Both the position numbers and the translations under genes were made by a program. A DNA stretch of 64,000 nt. Origin: Mantamonas sphyraenae STR306 (lineage: Eukaryota; Protista; CRuMs). Below are positions 11,701 to 22,700 of this stretch, piece by piece. Every line of letters begins with the position of its first letter. The stretch's first letter is position 1. The notes beneath the pieces were generated by a model. That model saw only the letters and a list, made by a program, of their open reading frames with translations. It was not told the DNA's origin and did not search any database. The DNA is taken from the NCBI GenBank assembly GCA_026936335.1, contig JAPMXV010000018.1:124001-188000 (forward strand), read 5' to 3'.

Positions 11701-13808
11701 ACCTCCATCACGTCGTACATCAGCTCAAAGTGCACCAACACGTCATCGTCAGTCATGCACACTCGCGTGGCATCGTCCATGGCCTCCATGGGCCCCGAGG
11801 ACACGTGCACATGGCCGGCGTGAGGCAACGGCGCCAAGGATCTGCGACGCGACCCTTCGCCACGGATGGGACTGCTGCTCTCTGTATCCATGTTGTCGTT
11901 GAATGATGATGATGATGATGATGTCGACCTGTCTGCATCTGCCTCGTTGGTACCACCGCAGAGCAGCTGCGTCATCAGCTTCACAGATGCTTCTTGTAGG
12001 GGTTGCATCTCGTCAGCGTCGTCGGTGGCATTGAGTATGGTGCTGAGGGGATCGAGAATAAGCGCCTGTTTGCACCCGTCGATGACATAGGCGTGTTCGG
12101 ATTGGGAAAGCGTCTCGTGATGCACAATGGACATGGTGGAGCAGACGATGTGGGACCAGAGGTATGCGACCTGATCACGCACACCGACGTATGCAGAGCG
12201 AGAGAGAGGCACGCTGACAGCCTTGATGATGGATCGTGTGAGGTCAGAGACGAGCAGTTCGAGGATTGTGGTGCGTTTTGTTTGCACGTTGGCCTCGGGC
12301 GCAGCGATGTGACTGCTACTGCTACTGCTACTGCTGCTACTGCTGCTGCTGCTGCCAGTGGTTGTAGCACCGGCTTGTTGAAGTTCATCCATGTCTGCCA
12401 GACGCCGTCGGATGGACCAGTCGGCAAAGAAACGCCAGGACCGAAGGGCGGCAACAAAGACCTTGCGTTTGCTGGACGAGGAGCCCGGTGGGTTGAGCAT
12501 GACCTGCATGATGTTCTGGAACTCGGGGGTACGCTTGAGCACCAAGGCACCACTTCCCAGCATGGCAAATGCATAGCCGACAATGCTTGCCACAAGGGGC
12601 GAGTGTCGCTTGGTCAACGAACGGAGTCCTCGCATGAAGGAGCGCAGACCATCCGACACCGCCTCCTCACTCGTGTCCACTTGGCTCGTGTGTGGCATCT
12701 CTTCCACATCGTTATCCTGTGCATCGTGCAACCTGCGGTGGACAATGGCAAACAGGCGGTCTGCAAGCTGCGTGTCACGCGAGTACAACACTGGCAGTGG
12801 GCTCTGGTGGATGCGCACGTAACTGTCCAGCATCTGCATGAGCACATCCGAACCCGTTTTCACAGACGTTTCGTCGCTGCTGACCAGGTCGACGAAGCAC
12901 GGGGCGGCCCAAATTGGATACGTGACAAGCATGGCCCGTGGGAAGCGCTGCAGCAGGTGCTCAATGGCAGACCGCGACGTAAGGGTGACCATGGGCACAT
13001 TGGAGGTGAGGTACACGTGCGCAGACGCATTGGCCAATCGTTGCAGCAGCGTGGCGCTGAAGAAGCGTCGAGGCAGCACCGAAAGGGCAAAGTGGTTCCA
13101 TGCGTACATCTGCATCGAGTATGGCACAAGCTGGTCTTGCGAACCTTCGGCAATGGTCACCAGTCGGCCGTACAGGGTGTTGATGAAGGCGTCTGTGAGT
13201 GTGTGTGTGGTGGGGAGGCCACGGGTGTCAGCATGATCACTCACCTCGGGGCAAGAACAGTGCAGGGAATGACCACTGGGCTGTGGGTGCACACATGGGA
13301 AACACTCACCCGGGAGCACAGTCCAAATGCGCAGTTTGGGAACGCCGCACAGCACGTTGAACATGCGAATGGCCATGATGGCGAGGTCTTGTTCCTCAGA
13401 ACCTGGGCGCAGCTTCAGATCGTCGCCAAGCACACGCTCAATGGCGTCGCCACTCTTGCCAATCACGGCAGCCACCTGTGTGTCGTCTTCCAGAGTCAAA
13501 ATGGCCACTGCAAGTGCACTGGAGTCAAGGAAACAGCCGGGGGTGTGCCGAAACCGAGTTTTGGCGGGAACGGTGCCTGGGTTTGGCGCGAAAAAACGCA
13601 ACAGGGCCACACGTCAACGGTGGAGGATGCACAGGGATCAAACACGAGGGAAGGCATAGAAAGTGTGCGCATAAAGCACATGGACAAAAAGGATATGATC
13701 AAAGTAGAGTTCCTTGCGTGCCCGTGGGTCTGTGTTTTCGTCAAAAAGCTCGGCCAGCCGCCGAGTCACCTGCTCGGGCGTCATTGGATCGTGATCGTGG
13801 GTGTCCAT
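8715..13808 (-). CDS. RIF1: Telomere/replication-timing protein RIF1; exons 13808-13697, 13513-13310, 13192-8715
   Basis: HEAT-like N-terminus; HRSRKIQNVTLRFWQDTF..YPAQL; MTEHQLEM; PP1-docking KVHF; C-terminal CVFPSL...LLKAVGIHTVGHLA as in RIF1. Intron 1 is U12 AT-AC, intron 2 is GTGAGT-CAG. Confidence 0.85.
13514..13696 (-). other. U12-type (minor spliceosome) AT-AC intron in RIF1
   Basis: 5' ATATCCTTT at 13696; branch TTTCCTTGAC at 13533-13524; 3' CAC ending 13514, 10 nt after the branch motif; removal gives the continuous frame KELYFD-L-AVAILTLEDD. Confidence 0.9.
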
Positions 13809-13990
13809 GACCAATGTGAATGTGCGTGAGTTTGCGCGGGAGCGACACGGCGGGAACAAGTGGGGGAGGCAGTGGTGGTGTCTTCCAGCACGATCACAGT
13901 TGGTGCCGGTGTCGCCTGCCCACACAGAGGCATCATATTGATTGGGGTACTCACCGACGCAAACCGTCCAAATCGTTCACAAAGAACACC

Positions 13991-15559
13991 ATGGACACGA
14001 GCAAAGACGTGTCTGTTGAAGAGCAGGAGCTAGGGACGCATGTGCAGGATGACACGGTTGCAATCACACCGGAAACCAGCAGCAGCAGCCATGGTCCAAG
14101 CGCAAGCGGAGATGGACATGAGGACAGCAGCAGCAGTAGCGGCAGTGGAATCAGTGAAAGTGATGCCAATGGCAGCTCGGGCGGCAATGGCAGCGGTGAG
14201 GGAGGGAAGGGCAAGGCGGAAGGTGCAAAGTGCCCGTTTGGGTACGAGCAACGATCGAGCCTGCCTGAGTTTTCATGTATGGTGTGCCGCTCGCTCCTGT
14301 TTGACGCTGTACGTGTGCAGCCCTGCCAGCATGTGTTTTGCAAGACGTGTATTGCGCCAGCAACGATCTGCGTGGCGTGTGGACGAGACATTGACGGCGT
14401 CGAGACGGCCGAGGATGTGGACAAGCACGTCCATATGTACATCACAGTGCATGCACACAACCATCGCATCGATAGCGAGGGCCAGTTCAGTCAGGTGGAT
14501 GAGAGTGAGCGAACAAGCGAGGATTCAGGCAAGGTAGCCGGCTCCGAAGGCGGAAAGACGGGCAAGTGTCCTGTGGATCACACCAAACTGGCCGGATCTG
14601 CAAGTAACGCGCACGAAACACATGGGAAGGAAGGCAGTGATGTCGTGTCGGAGGCGATACACGCAGAACGGAGCAAGAAAAGGGCGTTGTTTTGTTTGCA
14701 GGTCGGGTTGCGCTCTCTGCGGGGTGGCAATGCAGACGCAGCAGAGGCACGTGCACAGATGGGCGAGGAAGTGGCCTGTGAGTTGGTGTCGGATGAAGAT
14801 GGGGAGGGAGAGGTGGACGAGGAGCTTGTGAGTACGGTGGCAAGTTTGCGTTCGCTGTTGGGCGACGTCTGGAGACGCAGAGGAGACAATGAGAAGGCAG
14901 AGAGGTGGTACAGGGATAGTGTCGCAATGTTGCAGAAGCACAGTGGGATGTCGACCACGCTGCAGGCAGACACGGCGGTGGGATTGGACAAGTTGGGCGA
15001 CCTTGCCTATGGGCAGGCTCATTTGGACGAGGCACACGCGTTGTACACAGAGGCATTGGAGGTACGACGTCAGTTGCATGCGGAGGGCAACCTTCAATGG
15101 CGAGCGTTGGCGATTTCCATGATCAAGTATGCGGACTGCTGTTTTGCACAGCCACGCGACATCCAGCAGGACACCACCACCACCACCACCAATGACCCGC
15201 ACCATGTGCAACACGGTGCCGTGTACCTCATCCACGCCCTGCGACTGGCAATGGAGGATCCGCTGGCGCAGCAATGGCAAGAGTTTGCCCAGGGTCACCT
15301 GCGTGGCCTGTTTGCCCTCGACGAAGGGGCAGAGGTGGGTTGGGTGGACAAAGAAGACGCACAACAGGGTGTGTGTGTCTATGGGGTGGTCTTTGACGTT
15401 CCGCAAGGCACAGAAAGGGTGAACGACGGCGCGGAAGACGAGGATTCCACTTCCCTGGACTATATCCTGGACAATGACGCGTTGCACACTGTCACAGAGG
15501 CATTGGTGGCATGTGTGTTGAAGGGATGGACCTTGCGCGGAGTCATGCACGCCAACTAG
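13991..15559 (+). CDS. NCA1: RING-finger + TPR protein, homologue of plant NCA1 (catalase chaperone)
   Basis: KCPFGY...FSCMVCRSLLFDAVRVQPCQHVFCKTCI....CVACGRDI RING; LLGD..R..GD...A..WY..SV, GLDKLGDLAY....DEAHALYTEALEVRR TPRs, in the same order as Arabidopsis NCA1. Confidence 0.8.
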   Translation: MDTSKDVSVEEQELGTHVQDDTVAITPETSSSSHGPSASGDGHEDSSSSSGSGISESDANGSSGGNGSGEGGKGKAEGAKCPFGYEQRSSLPEFSCMVCRSLLFDAVRVQPCQHVFCKTCIAPATICVACGRDIDGVETAEDVDKHVHMYITVHAHNHRIDSEGQFSQVDESERTSEDSGKVAGSEGGKTGKCPVDHTKLAGSASNAHETHGKEGSDVVSEAIHAERSKKRALFCLQVGLRSLRGGNADAAEARAQMGEEVACELVSDEDGEGEVDEELVSTVASLRSLLGDVWRRRGDNEKAERWYRDSVAMLQKHSGMSTTLQADTAVGLDKLGDLAYGQAHLDEAHALYTEALEVRRQLHAEGNLQWRALAISMIKYADCCFAQPRDIQQDTTTTTTNDPHHVQHGAVYLIHALRLAMEDPLAQQWQEFAQGHLRGLFALDEGAEVGWVDKEDAQQGVCVYGVVFDVPQGTERVNDGAEDEDSTSLDYILDNDALHTVTEALVACVLKGWTLRGVMHAN

Positions 15560-15564
15560 CAGCC

Positions 15565-16341
15565 ATGGGAAACTCGTCGTCGCTCCCGGAAGGCCGCACA
15601 ATGTCGGAAACGCCGACGAATGAAGAGATTGCCAACGCTGTAGCTGCATATGCCAAAGAGAGTGGCCGGGACGTGCGTGTGTTGGAGGAAAGCGACGTGG
15701 ACGCGGTTGCGGATCTGTTCCTGGCCGCGTTTCACGACAACGGCCTCTTTCGTTGGGTTTCGCACGGTCGCCAAGGCGTCGACTGCGGCAAGTCGTTGGA
15801 CGAGGAGGGTTATCAAGCATTGACACGATTCATGCTGAAGTGGAGTGCCTGGACAGGATTTCTGGGCGGTGTGGTGCTCGGGGTGTTTGACGACGATGGC
15901 ACACTTCAGGGAGCAGCGTCGGTGATGAAACCCGGCAAGGATCCGGGAAGTAAGCTGTTGAACACGCGCGTGGTGATGAAGATGAAATCAGCGCCACCTG
16001 GAGCTGAGGATGAGGTGATGGAACGTTTGGACGCCACAGAACAGCTCATCGACCTGCATCACGCCACCATGGCCGATTCCCTGCATTGGTACTTGTACAC
16101 CCTTGCAGTGGCACCCGAAGCACATGGGAAGGGCTTTGGCAGTGTGCTGCTGGACACGCTGGGGCACTTGCAACAGGCCAACGGCCTTCCACTGTATCTG
16201 GAGACCGGGTCCGACAAGAACGTGGCCATCTACACGCACAAAGGCTTTGAAGTGGTGGGCGACGTGCGTGTGGTCAATGCGAACAATCGCATGGACTACC
16301 ATCCCAATGCGAGGCTGATGGTGCGTGAGTGCCCCGAATGA
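15565..16341 (+). CDS. GNAT N-acetyltransferase (puromycin acetyltransferase-like) with predicted N-myristoylation
   Basis: HWYLYTLAVAPEAHGKGFGSVLL acetyl-CoA motif, LYLET...NVAIYTHKGFEV; starts MGNSSS. Confidence 0.88.
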   Translation: MGNSSSLPEGRTMSETPTNEEIANAVAAYAKESGRDVRVLEESDVDAVADLFLAAFHDNGLFRWVSHGRQGVDCGKSLDEEGYQALTRFMLKWSAWTGFLGGVVLGVFDDDGTLQGAASVMKPGKDPGSKLLNTRVVMKMKSAPPGAEDEVMERLDATEQLIDLHHATMADSLHWYLYTLAVAPEAHGKGFGSVLLDTLGHLQQANGLPLYLETGSDKNVAIYTHKGFEVVGDVRVVNANNRMDYHPNARLMVRECPE

Positions 16342-16425
16342 ACCAATCCAAAGCGTCCATCTGTTCCTCGCACACTCTCGTTTCACACCTGCATACCACC
16401 CACTACCACGGTTGGCACAGTCAAG

Positions 16426-18358
16426 ATGTCGGCAGAGCAGTTTGTGACGATGCTGGGGGAGATGCAGTACCCAAAGCGTCTTGAGCCGCAGTCGCTGGAA
16501 TGGCTGTTTGAATCGACGCAGGACGAAGGCGTGCGTTCATTCCTGGCATTTCTGTGCCACAGCCTGTCGGAGCGAAACTATGTGGACGCACAGGAGCTGC
16601 AGGCGTACGAGACACTCGTCGCCCAAGGGCGCGTCCTACAGGGGAACGATTTGCAGCAGGCGTTGCAAAAGATGAGCGGGGCAACGCAGCAGAGGGAGCC
16701 AGTGAGCATGATTCAGTACGTGGGCGCTGCGTGGTCGCGTGCACGTGTCAGGATTCGCAGGCAGATTTCGAGCAAAGGAAATTGGCGCGCTTTCGCTCAC
16801 ACCGCCGTCCGTTGGCCATACACACATCCACAGAAAGCAGAACGCGGCGTTGGAGGCGCGTGTGAAGCTGATGAAGCGACGAAAGGCCATGTTGGAGCGG
16901 CAGAAGCGTAATCTGACAAAGCAGCGTGCCTTGTTGCAGCAACGAGACCAGCAACTGGCCAACACGGTGTTGCCCGAGGTGCAGCAGACATGCCGCGAGA
17001 CATATGAGGAGTTCAGTGCAGATGGAAACAACGAAAGCAAGCAGGTGTTGAACGAGATGAAGCAGAGTGGCGAGCGTGTGGAGCAGTGGCTGGGCTTGGC
17101 GGTGGGCGCCAGCGAGAGCAGTCAGGACCGCGTGGGACGTGCCTACTGGATGTACAGACAGAACCTGTTTGACTGGCTCAAGTGCGAACAGGAGTACAGC
17201 ACGACGCTGGACGAGCTGGTGCACAAGCAGTTTGTGGAGTCTCGCTCAGAACTGCACTCGGCAGCCGCGCAACACAGCGCTCGCGCGTCGTGGCTGCTCA
17301 TCACAGGCGAATCGCAAGACATCCATGCACAACACAGCAAAGAGTTTCGCAGGTTGCAGGACAGCTATCCGACCTCGTACAGGCGCATGATTGAGGCGGA
17401 GCTTGCGTTGGAACGCATCAGCAGACTGACCGAGGTGGTGGAGCAGGAGGCGCAGAAACGCGAGGAACAAGCGGCACAGAGAGGCGGAGCAGGTGCGAAA
17501 AAGGCAGATGCGGCAGTGTTGCGGCAACGATGGGAGTTTAAGCAGAGGGAACTGGCCAATGTGAAGCAGCGTGTGCAGGACACTCTGCGACGCATGCAGC
17601 CCATTCTGGAGGAATTGGCAGAGTTGCAGGGGATGCCCGTGCTGATGGGTGACTACCAGCTCAAGCTGGCGCGGCAGCAGTACCAATCGTCGAAGCAGCA
17701 GATGGTGCTGAGCCACCTGGAACGCCAGGCGGCTCGGCAGCGTGTGCTGGTGGCATACATGCAGCAGGAAACGGGACGTTTGCGCACGTTGCATCAGCTA
17801 CTGGTGGGCATGACCCGAGAGCTGCAACGCCAGACAGCAAGCAAACAATTGCGCACGAGCACGCTGCAGTACATGAGCACGTGCACAGTGGAACGGCCGG
17901 TGGTGCAGCCAACAGACTCTGACTATGGCTACTTTGCTGCCCTGCACGGCATCCTCAATGCACAAGTGGATGCCCCTGTGGCTGGGGCAGCTGCTGTGGC
18001 TGGATACCTCAGCGTGCAGATGCTCCGGGAGCTTCTGGCAGCACGCCTGGAGCAGGAGCAAGCACGCAGAAAGTCGGCCACACGCAGACAGCAACGTGCA
18101 CTTCAGCTGCTGGACGTGCGTCGTACAAATCTCCAAGCTGTTCACGCATGCCTCTTTGCCGACTCAGCCACGTCGCGGCCGCAGCTCACTCCGCCGCAGC
18201 TCGTGCGTCTGCAGCGTGACTTTGAACAGCAACTGGCCGTGTTTAACAAGAAGATGGACACGCTGTTGCGTGAGCGTTCGCACAACCTCGACCGTATGCC
18301 CAGCAAAAAGGTGCGCTACACCTTTGTCGATTTTTTCAAACATTTCCAGCCCCAATGA
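16426..18358 (+). CDS. HAUS3: HAUS augmin-like complex subunit 3; exons 16426-16715, 16834-18358
   Basis: FVTMLGEMQYP....SLEWLFE....SFLAFLC..LSERNYVDAQELQAYE N-terminus; PVLMGDYQLKLARQQY motif; GTACGT...CAG intron restores the frame. Confidence 0.88.
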
Positions 18359-18378
18359 ACTCTCTCTCTCTCTCTCAT

Positions 18379-19579
18379 TCAATCCAACATGGTGGCATAC
18401 AACCGGTTGCCCTCACGGCGCACCACATTCGCACGGATCATCAGCTCCACATACGGCGGCCACACGCTCTCGTCCAACTCCACCCACGGCTTCTCCGGGG
18501 TGACCTTGAGCACGTCGGTGAGGAGCTGTTTGAGGGGCGCAAGCTCTGTGGCGTCTGTGCTGCTGCTGCTCATCATCTCTACTCCATCGGCAGCCTGCAA
18601 CGCGCTCTGTACGTCGGCGTCGCTCACGTACCGGAAGTGTTTGTCCAAAAACGCCGTAAACAGGGTTTGAGTTTCCTGCAATCTGTCCAGTGCATCCATC
18701 ACCTTGCCTTCCATCAGCATGAGACGTGCCTCTGCGTCCCGCTCGTCTGTCTGCTGCATCTGCACCTGTCGCTGCAGCTGCAGTTCCATCTCCGCGTGCT
18801 GTGCCCCCACACGCTGTTCATACTCCAGCTGCTTCTCAGCTTCGCGTATTTGTGTGCGCACAAACACGCTGGTGTGGTCCAACTCCCCAATCTGTTCTCG
18901 TGTTTCGCTCTGAAGCTCTGCACGCGTCGACGCCGTTTGTGCGCTGGTGCTCAGCTGCTGGTTGATCCCCACCTTGCCCACGTCGGCATCCCCGTCACGT
19001 GCCTCTTCCAATCGGGTCACTTCTGCCTTCAACGCCCGTTTCTTTGCTTGCAACGCCCTCAGCACCTGCGTGCGTGTGTGTGAGCGAGTGTGAGCGTGTG
19101 TGTGGGTCAGTGGAGCTCCTCGCTTCCCCGCCCTGTCTCCACTCTCCACCTACCGCTTGCTGCCTGTCCAATCGTTGCTTCTCCTGCGTCTTTTCTTTGT
19201 GCACTTCCTTCACCTTGCTTTGCAGCTGTGTCCATGGTGTGCGGTGTGGTGTATGTGCGCTCACATGTCAGCGTTTCGATTTGGCGCCAAAACTCCTTTC
19301 GGCAATCACACCACGCACCTCCTGCAGCTGAGTCCACCGCTGTTGACACAATTCCTGCAATTCCTGGATGGCTTGTTGGTATCCTGCCTCTTCGTCAGCA
19401 CTGGGTTTCAGCACGTTGGCCAAGGCCGAGGATGAGCGCGAAGGCGCTGATTGCACGTGTGCCACCGCACGCAGACGATGCATGCCACTCAGCAACTTTG
19501 CATTCCGCTGTACCATCCCAGACACACTTGCCAGCCGTTTCGACCGTTTCAGATTCTGCAACGACTCTTTGCGGCTCAT
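18379..19579 (-). CDS. CENPK: Centromere protein K (CCAN; Sim4-like); exons 19579-19319, 19225-19154, 19065-18379
   Basis: Coiled coil followed by PEKPWVELDESVWPPYVELMIRANV, the CENP-K C-terminal signature; two phase-0 GT-AG introns. Confidence 0.8.
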
Positions 19580-19784
19580 GGTGACCTTGCGGGAGGATTC
19601 CACCACGATCAGTTGGTTGCAATTGAGCGTGAACGTGGACTGCGCGCGATTGATCCCAGCTCAAGGCGAGCTCATTGTGGACTTCAAGCTCGGAACCCAC
19701 AGATGTCGAGCTGCAGGATCTTCATCAACAACAGTCCGAAGTAAAGTAGACGAGAATCTGTGCCTTGTCACTCTTTCATGCCCG

Positions 19785-22700
19785 TCATACCCTCCCACCC
19801 CTGCTGCTCGTCTTGTTTGTACCTCTGGTTTCCTCCTCGCGTCCCAGCCGGTCCAATTCCAGTTGTTCCTTGCTGTTGCGCGTCTTGGACGCAGCACGCG
19901 CGGCCAGGAAGCGCTGTGCAAACAGGATGACCATCAAGACTGTGCCAAACAGATTCAGCACCATCATGATGACAGACACAACCTCACTGGTGTCACTTCC
20001 CTCAGGTGGTCCACCAAGAAACGCCAGCGTCATCGACAGCGTCATGAGGTTGATCACCGCGATGGCCACCGACATCCACGTGAGCGGCACGTGTTTGAAA
20101 GGGCGCCGCACAGCCAATAGTACAGCAAATGAGGCTTGCAGACACAGAAGCGTCAGCACTTGGCCGAGCGGAGCCGTGCTCAACAGGTTCACCACAAAGG
20201 CGGTGATCAGACTCTTGGCCAGCAGCACCGTGCGGAAGTGCCTGTCCTTCTCCTGGTATTCGGCATACATGGGCCCGTACAAATCGAGCATCTCGTTGCG
20301 CAGCAGCTGAACGTACTCGCGCCGGTACACAAATTGGTAGACAAATGCGGGTAGGCCGAAGCAGTACAGCAGCAACACGACGATGGCCAGTACGTACACA
20401 AACGCACTGAAACCCTCACCCTTTTGCAGCTCTTCAACAAGCGTGATGTGGAGCGTGGTGGACAAGCACAGACCCAGGTGCGCCATGATCAGCACACGGA
20501 GCATGGAGGTGCTCACCATGGCCTTGAGGCGAGCTCGCCGTTCTTCCAACGACACAAGCCAGCGTGGTAACAGCAGCAGCAGCGCACCTCCCAGTGCAAG
20601 GATTACCAGGCAGATCACACTCACAAGGAACAGATTGCCTGGAAAGTACTTGTTCTGCGGCAAACCCATGGCCCGCACAAACTGCGAGGTGCTCAGCAGT
20701 CGCCTCGACGACAATGATGCCGCCTGCAAGGTTTCACTCTGCGATAGCACATCCTGTGCATCCACCATCCACGGATACCCAAACTGCAGGTTGGCAAATG
20801 AAAAGAACGATGCAAATTCCAGATAGGAGGCAGGGAAGTCTACCGCCACCTGCGCCGTCACTGTGATGAACTGCACGTGCTCGATCATGGCCCACACGAC
20901 GGCATGGATGTCAAGCTTTTCCTCGCTGCTCAGAGATGATGAAGGGTTGAGGCTTGCAAAGGCTGCAACACACGCAGCCCCAATCGTTGCCACAGTTACA
21001 ACACTGCCCATGGTTGTCGGAGCAGCTGTGCGGCACCTCTCAAACGCATAGTCGGCACACTGACCTAGCTTGGGCCCTGTGGCGTCGCCGCGTGTGCATT
21101 TTCCTCCGTTTCCATCATAGCACCAGCCACATGCCAGATCCGCCAGGCAGGTCCCGCACGTCGAGTATTGACACAGAGACGGCGCTGCAGTCGATCTGCA
21201 TCCCGTTTGGTTCACAGACTTGCCTCCACAAACACCACACGCATCATAAACCACCCCACTGTTTGCCACCCCATCACATCCAGCACACGTCGAGTTTGTA
21301 CCTCCACAAACACCACACGCATCATAAACCACCCCACTGTTTGCCACCCCATCACATCCAGCACACGTCGAGTTTGTACCTCCACAAACACCACACGCAT
21401 CATAAACCACCCCACTGTTTGCCACCCCATCACATCCAGCACACGTCGAGTTTGTGCCTCCACAAACACCACACGCATCATAAACCACCCCACTGTTTGC
21501 CACCCCATCACATCCAGCACACGTCGAGTTTGTGCCTCCACAAACACCACACGCATCATAAACCACCCCACTGTTTGCCACCCCATCACATCCAGCACAC
21601 GTCGAGTTTGTACCTCCACAAACACCACACGCATCATAAACCACCCCACTGTTTGCCACCCCATCACATCCAGCACACGTCGAGTTTGTACCTCCACAAA
21701 CACCACACGCATCATAAACCACCCCACTGTTTGCCACCCCATCACATCCAGCACACGTCGAGTTTGTACCTCCACAAACACCACACGCATCATAAACCAC
21801 CCCACTGTTTGCCACCCCATCACATCCAGCACACGTCGAGTTTGTGCCTCCACAAACACCACACGCATCATAAACCACCCCACTGTTTGCCACCCCATCA
21901 CATCCAGCACACGTCGAGTTTGTACCTCCACAAACACCACACGCATCATAAACCACCCCACTGTTTGCCACCCCATCACATCCAGCACACGTCGAGTTTG
22001 TGCCTCCACAAACACCACACGCATCATAAACCACCCCACTGTTTGCCACCCCATCACATCCAGCACACGTCGAGTTTGTGCCTCCACAAACACCACACGC
22101 ATCATAAACCACCCCACTGTTTGCCACCCCATCACATCCAGCACACGTCGAGTTTGTGCCTCCACAAACACCACACAAGTCCAGTTGTGCTGTTCCATTG
22201 ACGGTGTTGTTGCAATCCAGTTGCAAGCACGAGCTGTCCGGCAGCGAAAACAACACAGCTCCGCTCGCGTTAACGCTCACCTTTACGCTCCCGTCGGCAT
22301 AGACCAAAGACGTGTATGCACCATCCACACAATTCAGGCGAGATCCCACGGCGTCGAACAACGCATTCGGCTCTGGACACCCGGTCACACCCGCTACTTC
22401 CAGCACTCCGCCGAGGGACACACACTCTCCGTTCACCACCTGCCCTTGTCCAGCCACGGCACCCACCATTGTGCGACCTGTGCTTCCTTGCGTAAAGTTC
22501 TTGCTCACTGTAAGTGCTGGTCCCTTCACAGTGCCCAGGTTCGTCAGACTGATGTTCTGCAGCGTGCCCACTCCTTCCAAGGTCGACCCAACAGGATTGG
22601 TAAAAGCGGTTACACTTTGCCCTTGCAGCTTTGCGCCATGTGCAAGCTCAATGACACTCCCGTTGTAGCCGTTGTACGCCGTTAACCTGAGCGTGAGCTC

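Noticed and set aside
13577-13696. AT-AG version of RIF1 intron 1
   Set aside because: A perfect TTTCCTTGAC branch with an in-frame AC 10 nt downstream (13514) fits better.
13945-13994. Extra RIF1 exon starting at the CCATGG palindrome shared with the NCA1 start, with GTGAGT donor
   Set aside because: No phase-compatible acceptor found before the RIF1 coding start.
21223-22176. 78-bp array as CRISPR or satellite
   Set aside because: No unique spacers; it is in frame within a 1.6-kaa ORF and varies only at a synonymous site.
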